64,000 nt of DNA from Mantamonas sphyraenae STR306 (Eukaryota > Protista > CRuMs). Position 1 is the stretch's first letter. The number at the start of each line of letters is the position of its first letter. Location: positions 228,756 through 292,755 of the forward strand of contig JAPMXV010000071.1 in assembly GCA_026936335.1 (NCBI GenBank), given 5' to 3'. This document shows positions 26,578-37,900 of this stretch, piece after piece. Below the pieces are notes generated by a model. It did no database searches, had not been told where the DNA came from, and was given only the letters and a program-made list of their open reading frames with translations. A program made the translations under genes and the position numbers.

Positions 26578-28896
26578 TCACCCGCGCAGCTTCAGCATGA
26601 TCTTCTTCAACAGGCGCGCCTCGGATGTGACAGAAGCCTTCTTCTCCAACCCAACATCGACAAGCGGGTTGGGTCCATCCTGGGACTCGGTGATGACGTC
26701 GCTGCCGTGTACAGCGGCCTCGTCGAGAAACGTGATGATTTCGTGAAACGTGCTGTCCTTGAGCATGATCATGTGTTTGGCCAGCGTCTCGCTGAGGCCA
26801 AGGAAACAGCGCTTGGCGTACATCCACGTGTCCTTGCTCAGTTTCTTGTCGTACGGCTCCAGGCTCTTGATGACACGTGAGATGCCGAATTCGTAGTTGC
26901 CTTTGCTGCAGTACAGCGTGCCAATCACCAGGTTCACAATGCACAGGTGCAGGTTGCTCTGTTTGGGGTCTGCCTGCGCCTGTCGTGCCTCGGCCACCTC
27001 GATCTCCCTCATCCAGTATTCGGCATCCTCGTTCTGACTCGTCATGATGTACGACACACACAGGTTGGCCAGTACGATTGCGCTCACCGACAGGATGTCC
27101 TCCTTGCGCTTCTCCACAATGGGCTGGTAGTACCCGATGGCCTCCTTGTACTTGCTTTCCATGAAAAAGGTGTGAGCCACATTGAGCTTCCACACGTCGT
27201 GCGATGCGCTCAGCTCGGCGCTCTGTCGGAAGATCTTTTCCACCTGCGCGTAGTTGCCCATGTCCCAGTAGATGGCCGCTTCGGCCATCAGCACCGGAAT
27301 GTACTCGTCAAAGGCAGTGTCAAACTGCGCCATGGCCTCGTCGCTCTCTTTGCTGTTGGTCACTGCGTGCGGCTGTGTGTCGTGAACTCGCTTGCTCAAG
27401 TCGCGCAGCTTCTTGATGTGTTCCTTGGCCAGAAGCTCAAAGTCGTTGTACGCCTTTTCCGGGTTCTTTTCCATGCACGCCTGCAGAAAGGCAATCATGT
27501 CCGGCGTCATGTACTGCACCGCCAGGATCTGGTTGTCCGCAAGCAAATCGGCAGCCAGATCTTTTTCGTCGTGTTCGCAGCACAGGAGCAGCAGGTTCTG
27601 CAGCGTCTCCGGTGGGCAAGGGTTGGTACTAATGAGGAACCGCAGCTTCCTGTACGCCCCGCTGGCGTCCTCGTCCATGTGCACCAGGGCCGAGTTGTGC
27701 AGCGTCACCGGGTCCAATTCCTCCTCGTCACGCGGGGGCATCTCGTCCAATGCCTCGCGTGCCGCCTCCATGTTCTTTTCTTGGTACTCAATGGCTGCCT
27801 TGAGGTTGAAAGCCTCCACCAGCGCGGTCTCCATCAGCACTTGGGAGTTGCCCACCGAGCGCAGCTCCACGTCCGACTGCTTGCTGTTGCCGATGCTCAC
27901 TGACAGCTCGGGGTGCTCGCTGATGCCCCGCTGGATGATGTCCGAGATGTAGCCCACGGCCTCGCCATACTGGTTCAGGCGGTAGTGGCACAGGGCAATG
28001 TCGTACGCAACGTCTGCCTCGTAGCCGGTGCTGTTCATGCTCTCAACAAAGCACCGCCGTGCCTCTTCAAACTTGCCCTCTTTGTACAGGACGCAGCCCT
28101 GGTTGACCACTGTGTCGCGGTCCTCGTCGCTGCCCATGTCCACCAGCGCGCGCGCTCCGTTTACATCTTCGCTCTGGTACTTGATAGCTGCCTGCAGCTT
28201 CAGAAGTGTCTGCTGCACCTCTGGATCCTGTGTATCGACGGCCAGACACGCGCGCAGGGCTTCTGGAAAGTGCATGCCTTTGTACAGGCTCTGTGCGTGG
28301 TACACCTTGTACGAAACAACCTCTGGGTACGACTTTTGCAGCTGATCGTAGCTGTGCCACCATGGTTGGCCACGTTTACGCGCACACACATCGGTGGTCG
28401 GTGGTTATCGTACCCGCGGTGTCAGTCGTCATACGCCGGCCGCATTGTGCACCCTGTCTTCTCGTCGCGGTGGCGCCAACGGCGGCGCAAATTTGGCGCG
28501 CGCTCGGAAAAAACGGCTGGCGCGCAGGCGTCGGGGGTGGCCACGGGTGTGTGGAGACACGGACACTGCGTACTCACCAAATGGCTGCGTCATCAAAGTC
28601 GCCCAGCATGTAGTAGCTGTATGCCAGCAGCGACAGGGCGGCGCGAGAGTTTGGGAAGTTCTGCCGTTCCACCTGCAACGCGCGCACAACCTCGTCGTAC
28701 TTGCCCTCCTTGATCCACGTGTACACCGTCGTCGTCATGTTGCCCTCTGTGACCCGTGCGGGCATCATGTCTGCGCGCATGGTCATCATTCCCGTGCCAG
28801 GCGGCATCGCCGTGCCCATGGTGGATTGCATTGTCGATTCGATTTGGTGGTGCATACGCGGTGGTTCATTGCACTTTCCAAACACTCACGTGTCAT
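26578..28896 (-). CDS. IFT70: Intraflagellar transport protein 70 (TTC30/fleer/DYF-1); exons 28896-28890, 28770-28578, 28351-26578
   Basis: SRAALSLLAYSYY, EAFNLKAAIEY, MPPRDEEELDPVTLHN, HLCIVNLVIGTLYCSKGNYEFGISRVIKSLEPY. Confidence 0.95.
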
Positions 28897-28946
28897 GTCT
28901 TCCTCCTTGTCCTTCCTCCCCTCTCCCTCTCTTTCTCACTTCATCA

Positions 28947-31900
28947 TCATTCCTTCTGCTCGCCGGCGGGAGCGCCAACACCCGATGCAGGGGCGGCTGG
29001 GCTTGCGCCCTCGCCGCCATTGGTCTGGTTCTGCATCTCCACATCCTCGGGGGCCACGGAGTTCTTGCGCTTGATGATGCGCGGGTCGATGGTGATGTAG
29101 CCGCGCTTGTGCAGGCCGTAGAGGGTCAGGCCTGCGCCAAAAAGGATGGCACCAATGACAATGAGGACCTGGGCCCACACCTCCAGCTGGGCTGGCGTGG
29201 TGGGACTCGGGGTGGGCGAGGCAGACGACGACGGCGACGACGACGTCGACGGGGTCGGCGTAGGAGTGCTGCTCGGGTCGGTGTTGACGGTGACCTTGAT
29301 CATGGCAAACTCTGTCAAGTGGTCGCACTCGCAGACCACGTGCGTGGCGTTGGCCGACGCCGTGGTGCATCCAGCGTTGGAGTAGCGCTCGGTGGTTTCG
29401 TTGAAGAATTGGCAATCGGCACGCTGGGAGCCGTTGGGAGCCGAGGTCACAGGCAACACAATGCGGATGGGCTGCTTCAGGTTCTTGACGTCCACGCCGC
29501 TAAAGTCCAGGGCCACCACGCCACTGCCAGTCTCCACAGCCTCGGCATATTCGCGGATGTTGCGCGGGAAGGAGTACATGTTCGAGCCGCGGCAGTCGGA
29601 GCTCGAGTTGAACGCGCTGGCGGGCATTTGGAAGCTTGCACCCGTGCCGCTTCGCAGCAAATGACCTGCACCCAGCTTGCTGGGAGACGTCTTTTCCACG
29701 CGCACGTCCATGGCGTCGCCCGAAGCACTGCGAGCATCACCGTCGCAAGCCACCGAGTTTTGCAGGGCGTCGGTGAGGGCGCGCACGTTGTCCACAATGT
29801 CCTTCATGACGGAGCGCAGCTCAGAGGTGCTCTGCTGCGTGCGCGTGTTGTTGAAGATGGGCGTGGCCTTGAAGACGTTGTCCAGAGAGCCAACAATGTC
29901 GCCGGCGGCCGTGTCGTCGACAAAGAGGGAGCCCGAGCGAGCGGCCTGCACCAGCGTCTTGATAGACGACAGCACTTGGCGCTGCTCCTTGGGGGGAAGC
30001 TCCTCGTCGCGCGAGGCAAGCTTGGTGGCTTGCGACAGCTGGCCCAGGGTTTCTGTGTCGGCCACTGTGGAGTTCTCCACCGACTGGCGCACGGCATCCA
30101 GCACCTTTGCGCGGATGGCCTGTGCCTTTGCGCGGTTCTGTGAGTCTGCCGGCGAGATGCGGTTGAGCGAGGTGGAGAACGAGATGGAAATGGAAAGCAG
30201 GGACTGGAGGTCGCCCTGCTGCAAGGCCTCGTCGATTTGCTGGTTGGCCTTGGTGTCCAGAGTGTTGAGCACCTGGTCCTGGGGACCAGCCAGGGCGGAA
30301 ACGGTGGCTGTGGTGGTCACACGGCCAGACACGGCGCCTTGGTTGTCGATAGCCACCGCAAACAGGGTGAGGGTGCCCTCGGGCAGCTGGGTGCGGAACT
30401 CGCTGCGAGACACGCGCGAAGCAAGCACCACAGGCACATTGTTCTGCACATAGCCGTAGCTGTATGAGAACGGGGCGTCCTCAGCCCTGTCCGACCAGCC
30501 CGTGGTGGTCAGCGTAAAGGTGGTGTTGAGCTCGACGCCCGTGGACGGGCTGACGCTGACCGATCCACCCTGGGGCGGTGCGTTGACGTCCACACTGATC
30601 TCTGCGTAGCCTGCGCCGTTGTTGTCGGTGGCAGTGAGACGGAACACATAGGTCTGGGGCTGGAGGACGTTCTCGCGGATGGCGAGGACGAGGCCACGCG
30701 CAGGCGAGGCGACGACGGCAGAGCTGCTTAGGTCAAGCTGGTTGCCTGCCACGCTCCACTGCAGCTGCAGCGGGGCGCCACTGGACGACTGGGCGGTACC
30801 TTCGAGGAGCAGCCTGTTCTTGGCCAGCACACTCTTGACACCGAGCGGGGCAATGGCCACGGAGGGCGGGGCACCAGCGCGCACGACAATGGTCACTGTG
30901 GTGCTTGCGGATGTGCGCCCAGCCTTGGACACGGTGACGGAGAACTCGTATGCACCGACGGCCAGGACATTGGCGCCCACAGTGACAGCCTCGCTGCTGG
31001 CAAGAGACAGGGCGCTGGAAGTGAGCTGGTTCTGGCAAGCACCTCCGCCGACAAGGGCGCAGGACCAGGCATAGTTGAACGCGCCGGGCTGGCGGTCGGG
31101 ATCAAAGGAGGCGCTTGCGTTGAGGACGAGCGATTGGGCAGTGCCAATGGCCCGGTTGCCGTTGGCAATGACAGCAACAATGTCTGCAAAGGAGACGTCG
31201 ACCGAAACAGAGGCGTTTGCGGCAAGCTGCGGGCTGCCCACAATCGAAGCCACAAAGACCAGCTCGTAGGTAGTGTTGGGCCTGAGGACGTCACGCGGGA
31301 TGACGAGCGAACGGCGGTTGGTGAACACGTCGGAAGGCAGGGCAGGACCGTTGGCAACGACCCACTCAAACGCAAGCTGCGGGAGAGCGACGCCGGGCAC
31401 GGAGCACGACGGCAGCTGGGCCACACCCTCGAGGGTGAGGCCAAAGGCACGCAGCGGGCCGGCGATGTTCTGCGGACCGGCGATGGAGACGGAAGGCAGG
31501 GCAAGGGCGCTCTTGAAAATGGAGAAGCACTGCTCGGTGGACTTGTTGAGGAAGTTGGTGAGGGTGACGCACAACTCGTAGCGTGCGTTGGAGGTGTTCA
31601 GCAAGGCCGGCGAAAGATCAAAGGCCAGGCGACCTGGGCCACTAAGACCAGCCAAGAACTGCTGGAGGGCCATCTTGTTGGGCGTCATACCCTGAACACG
31701 CCAGTGGACTTCAAAAGGACGGCCTCCAGAGCCTGTGGAGGCCTGGAGGTCGATGCGGACGGCATCGCAAAAAGCGACGGTGGTCGGCGCGTTGACGACA
31801 GGCACAGGAGCCACAGGGGCTGCAGCACCGGCGACAGTCATGTTGGCCATGACGTAGGGGCCGCTGGTGGTGCCCTTTGCAGCAAGGACACCGGGGCGGA

Positions 31901-34900
31901 TGGCGAGGTAGTCGCCCGGAAGGACCTGCGGGTTGCCAAGCAAGGAAATGACGAGGGTCTTGTCGTTGGACCAGACGCACTGGGCCATGTTGCCAAGCTG
32001 GGGCAGGCTCGGGGCAGCAATGACGGCTGCACAGGAGGCCGTGCCTACGAGGCCACCACGGTTTGTGTCGATGTCAAATGCAAGGAGGAGCTGGGCTCCC
32101 GAGTTTGCAAAGCGCACGCTCTGGAGCACAGGGGCAGGCGAGATTTCGCAAGCCTGGCCGGTGAAGCCGTTCTGGCAGATGCAGGTGCCGTTGGAGAGGC
32201 ACTGTCCGCGCAGGTTGCACTCGTTGCCTTGGCCACCTGCGCACTCACGCACCTTGCAGTCGATTCCCTTGAAGCCCTGGTTGCAGTTGCATGTGCCGTC
32301 CTGGTTGCAAGGCTGGCCACTGCAGTTGCCCGGGCAGTTTTGGACCATGCAGACACCCATGGTGTTGCGTGTCCAACCGGGGTCACAGACACAGACACTT
32401 GCGTTGACGCAGTTGCCTTGGCCGCAACCCGCAGACGGGCACGAGTTGTTCATGGGTGTCACCTGGACGTTGATCATGGCCATGTCGCTCTGAGGTCCAC
32501 CTTGTCCGAGTTCTCCTTCGTCGGAAACCCAGACCTTGACAGAGTCGGCGCCAGAGTACATCATGTCGGGACGGTAGCGCATGTTGCCGAGGAGACCGTT
32601 GAGGGTGCTCGGGGTGGCGACAAGGCTAATCATCTTGGAGTTGGGAGCGCCAGCTGCGACCTGGGCACCAGCGACGCCAGCCGGAAAGAGGATGACGCCG
32701 TGCATGGCTGAAATGTTGAGCTTGAGGTTGGTTGCGTCGATGTCTGCAACAGAGACGCCCGCAATGGCTACGTCGTTGGGTGCGGTGACTTGCACAGGCT
32801 GCTGGGTGGTCACGGTGAGCACCGGCGCGTCGTTGACGGGCAGGACGTTGATTGCAAGCGCCTTTTGGTCGTCCTTGGGACCTCCAACGCCCGTGTTACC
32901 GAGATCGGTGACGTTGACGTAGAGCATCTCTGGCATGCCCTGCGTGGAGAAGTAGTTTGCGTTGGGGCGATACACAAGGGACTTGAGGGCGTTGTTGACC
33001 CACCAGAGGGAGGCATCGAACACGGCCTGGCCTGCGGGAACACCTGACTGCAGGTTGAGCATGGTGGTGTTTGAGATGGACACGTGGCCGTGGGTGGCCC
33101 AGACGCGGACACGCAAGTTGGCCATGCCAACGTCGGGGTCCTGGACGGAGATGGGCGGGACCATGTTGTTCATACTGTCCTCCTGGACGGTGTAGGGAGA
33201 AGGCAGATGGATGACAGGAGCCTGGTTGGTGGGGTTTGCAGTCACCGTGATGTTGACCATGGACATGGCGGTCTCCGGGCCCATGCCCTTGTTGGAATTG
33301 TCGTTGACCCAGACCTTGAGCATATCGACGCCAGAGAAACCATTGTTGGGGGTGTACACAAGCATCTGTGAGGCACGATCAAGGTTGGTGACGTTACCAG
33401 TGAGGGAAAGCATGGGTGCAGGTGTACCCGGAGTGCCAGCGACCCACTGGATGCCCATGGGCATGGACTGGAAAGACAGGACGCCGTGCTTGACGCTGAT
33501 GTTGACCATCATGTTACCGTGCATGACATCAATGTCAGAAACACGGACAACGATGTTGAGAGCGGCACCCTCTTGGACCGAAAGCGGAGAGGACGGGAGG
33601 CCAATCTGAGGCGGAGCGTTGACGCCGTTGACCTGGACGCCGAGATTGGCCATGGCTGTCTGAGGACCACCTGCGCCAGCATTGCCAAGGTCAGAAACCC
33701 AAACCTTGATGACTTCGTCCATCATGGGCTGTGTGTAGAAGTTGGGATCCGGAGTGTACTTGAGTGCGGCCAAAGCGGAATTGATGGCAGCACGCGGGCC
33801 TACAAACGACCAGAGACGGGGCATCATCGGGGGCATTGGGCCCTGAGGCAACATGTTGATGCCAGCAGTGGAACCAAAGAAAATGGTGCCATGCATGGTG
33901 GTGAGGTTAACCTGAAGTTGGTCGGCGCCACCAACGGCGTCGACGTCGGCCACAACGATAGCTGGGACGGTGTTGTTGACGCTGTCTTCAAGCACTGTGA
34001 ATGGTGACGGCACAGTGATCACAGGTCCATCGTTCAGAGGGTTGACCGTCACGGGGATGTTCAGCGTGGCCATCGTCTCGCCACCTGTGCCAGTGTATCC
34101 GCGGTCGCGGCACTTGATCTCCACGTTGCCCTGTCCAGCAAAGTTCGGCGCCGGGATGAAGCGCACCAGCGGGTTGGCAAACGCGTTGTTGAAGCCAGCG
34201 ACCGTGGCGTTGAAGCTGAACCACGACTCGGTGCCCGAGAACGTGGATCCAAACACAAGGCTGCCTGCAGACAGGAGCTGCACGGCGCCGTTCGAGACGG
34301 ACACAGTGCAGTTCATCATGCCGCCGTTCAGGTCGACATCAGCCACTGTGATGCTGCCACCCAGTGCGTTGGAGCCGCCGCTGCTGTCCTCGGCCACAGT
34401 CCACGACGTGGTGGCTGCGGTCAGTGTCAGTGCATCGTTCACGGCGGTCACCGTCACGGGGATGTTCAGCGTGGCCATCGTCTCGCCACCAGCTCCCATG
34501 TAACCGCGGTCGCGGCACTTGATCTCCACGTTGCCCTGTCCAGCAAAGTTCGGCGCCGGGATGAAGCGCACCAACGGGTTGGCAAACGCGTTGTTGAAGC
34601 CCGAAACCGTTGCGTTGAAGCTGAACCACGACTCGGTGCCCGAGAACGTGGATCCAAACACAAGGCTGCCTGCAGACAGGAGCTGCACAGCGCCGTTCGA
34701 GACGGACACGGTGCAGTTCATCATGCCGCCGTTGAGGTCGACATCAGCCACTGTGATGCTACCACCCAGTGCGTTGGAGCCGCCGCTGCTGTCCTCAGCC
34801 ACAGTCCACGACGTGGTGGCTGCGGTCAGTGTCAGCGCATCGTTCACGGCAGTCACCGTCACGGGGATGTTCAGCGTGGCCATCGTCTCGCCACCTGTGC

Positions 34901-37900
34901 CAGTGTATCCGCGGTCGCGGCACTTGATCTCCACGTTGCCCTGTCCAGCAAAGTTCGGCGCCGGGATGAAGCGCACCAACGGGTTGGCAAACGCGTTGTT
35001 GAAGCCAGCGACCGTGGCGTTGAAGCTGAACCACGACTCGGTGCCCGAGAACGTGGATCCAAACACAAGGCTGCCTGCAGACAGGAGCTGCACGGCGCCG
35101 TTCGAGACGGACACGGTGCAGTTCATCATGCCGCCGTTGAGGTCGACATCAGCCACTGTGATGCTGCCACCCAGTGCGTTCGAGCCGCCACTGCTGTCCT
35201 CGGCCACAGTCCACGACGTGGTGGCTGCAGTCAGTGTCAGCGCATCGTTCACGGCGGTCACCGTCACGGGGATGTTCAGCGTGGCCATCGTCTCGCCACC
35301 AGCTCCCATGTAACCGCGGTCGCGGCACTTGATCTCCACGTTGCCCTGTCCAGCAAAGTTCGGCGCCGGGATGAAGCGCACCAACGGGTTGGCAAACGCG
35401 TTGTTGAAGCCCGAAACCGTTGCGTTGAAGCTGAACCACGACTCGGTGCCCGAGAACGTGGATCCAAACACAAGGCTGCCTGCAGACAGGAGCTGCACAG
35501 CGCCGTTCGAGACGGACACGGTGCAGTTCATCATGCCGCCGTTGAGGTCGACATCAGCCACTGTGATGCTACCACCCAGTGCGTTGGAGCCGCCGCTGCT
35601 GTCCTCAGCCACAGTCCACGACGTGGTGGCTGCAGTCAGTGTCAGCGCATCGTTCACGGCAGTCACCGTCACGGGGATGTTCAGCGTGGCCATCGTCTCG
35701 CCACCTGTGCCAGTGTATCCGCGGTCGCGGCACTTGATCTCCACGTTGCCCTGTCCAGCAAAGTTCGGCGCCGGAATGAAGCGCACCAGCGGGTTGGCAA
35801 ACGCGTTGTTGAAGCCAGCGACCGTGGCGTTGAAGCTGAACCACGACTCGGTGCCCGAGAACGTGGATCCAAACACGAGGCTGCCTGCAGACAGGAGCTG
35901 CACGGCGCCGTTCGAGACGGACACGGTGCAGTTCATCATGCCGCCGTTGAGGTCGACATCAGCCACTGTGATGCTGCCACCCAGTGCGTTGGAGCCGCCG
36001 CTGCTGTCCTCGGCCACAGTCCACGACGTGGTGGCTGCGGTCAGTGTCAGTGCATCGTTCACGGCGGTCACCGTCACGGGGATGTTCAGCGTGGCCATCG
36101 TCTCGCCACCGGCTCCCATGTAACCGCGGTCGCGGCACTTGATCTCCACGTTGCCCTGTCCAGCAAAGTTCGGCGCCGGGATGAAGCGCACCAACGGGTT
36201 CGCAAACGCGTTGTTGAAGCCCGAAACCGTTGCGTTGAAGCTGAACCACGACTCGGTGCCCGAGAACGTGGATCCAAACACAAGGCTGCCTGCAGACAGG
36301 AGCTGCACGGCGCCGTTCGAGACGGACACGGTGCAGTTCATCATGCCGCCGTTCAGGTCGACATCAGCCACTGTGATGCTGCCACCCAGTGCGTTGGAGC
36401 CGCCGCTGCTGTCCTCGGCCACAGTCCACGACGTGGTGGCTGCAGTCAGTGTCAGCGCATCGTTCACGGCAGTCACCGTCACGGGGATGTTCAGCGTGGC
36501 CATCGTTTCGCCACCTGTGCCAGTGTATCCGCGGTCGCGGCACTTGATCTCCACGTTGCCCTGTCCGGCAAAGTTCGGCGCCGGAATGAAGCGCACCAAC
36601 GGGTTCGCAAACGCGTTGTTGAAGCCAGCGACCGTGGCGTTGAAGCTGAACCACGACTCGGTGCCCGAGAACGTGGATCCAAACACAAGGCTGCCTGCAG
36701 ACAGGAGCTGCACGGCGCCGTTCGAGACGGACACAGTGCAGTTCATCATGCCGCCGTTGAGGTCGACATCAGCCACTGTGATGCTGCCACCCAGTGCGTT
36801 GGAGCCGCCGCTGCTGTCCTCGGCCACAGTCCACGACGTGGTGGCTGCAGTCAGTGTCAGCGCATCGTTCACGGCAGTCACCGTCACGGGGATGTTCAGC
36901 GTGGCCATCGTTTCGCCACCTGTGCCAGTGTATCCGCGGTCGCGGCACTTGATCTCCACGTTGCCCTGTCCAGCAAAGTTCGGCGCCGGAATGAAGCGCA
37001 CCAACGGGTTCGCAAACGCGTTGTTGAAGCCCGAAACCGTTGCGTTGAAGCTGAACCAAGACTCGGTGCCCGAGAACGTGGATCCAAACACAAGGCTGCC
37101 TGCAGACAGGAGCTGCACGGCGCCGTTCGAGACGGACACGGTGCAGTTCATCATGCCGCCGTTCAGGTCGACATCAGCCACTGTGATGCTGCCACCCAGT
37201 GCGTTGGAGCCGCCGCTGCTGTCCTCGGCCACAGTCCACGACGTGGTGGCTGCAGTCAGTGTCAGCGCGTCGTTCACGGCAGTCACCGTCACGGGGATGT
37301 TCAGCGTGGCCATCGTCTCGCCACCTGTGCCAGTGTATCCGCGGTCGCGGCACTTGATCTCCACGTTGCCCTGTCCAGCAAAGTTCGTTGCCGGGATGAA
37401 GCGCACCAACGGGTTGGCAAACGCGTTGTTGAAGCCCGAAACCGTTGCGTTGAAGCTGAACCACGACTCGGTGCCCGAGAACGTGGATCCAAACACGAGG
37501 CTGCCTGCAGACAGGAGCTGCACGGCGCCGTTCGAGACGGACACGGTGCAGTTCATCATGCCGCCGTTGAGGTCGACATCAGCCACTGTGATGCTACCAC
37601 CCAGTGCGTTGGAGCCGCCGCTGCTGTCCTCAGCCACAGTCCACGACGTGGTGGCTGCAGTCAGTGTCAGCGCATCGTTCACGGCAGTCACCGTCACGGG
37701 GATGTTCAGCGTGGCCATCGTCTCGCCACCTGTGCCAGTGTATCCGCGGTCGCGGCACTTGATCTCCACGTTGCCCTGTCCGGCAAAGTTCGGCGCCGGG
37801 ATGAAGCGCACCAACGGGTTGGCAAACGCGTTGTTGAAGCCAGCGACCGTGGCGTTGAAGCTGAACCACGACTCGGTGCCCGAGAACGTGGATCCGAACA

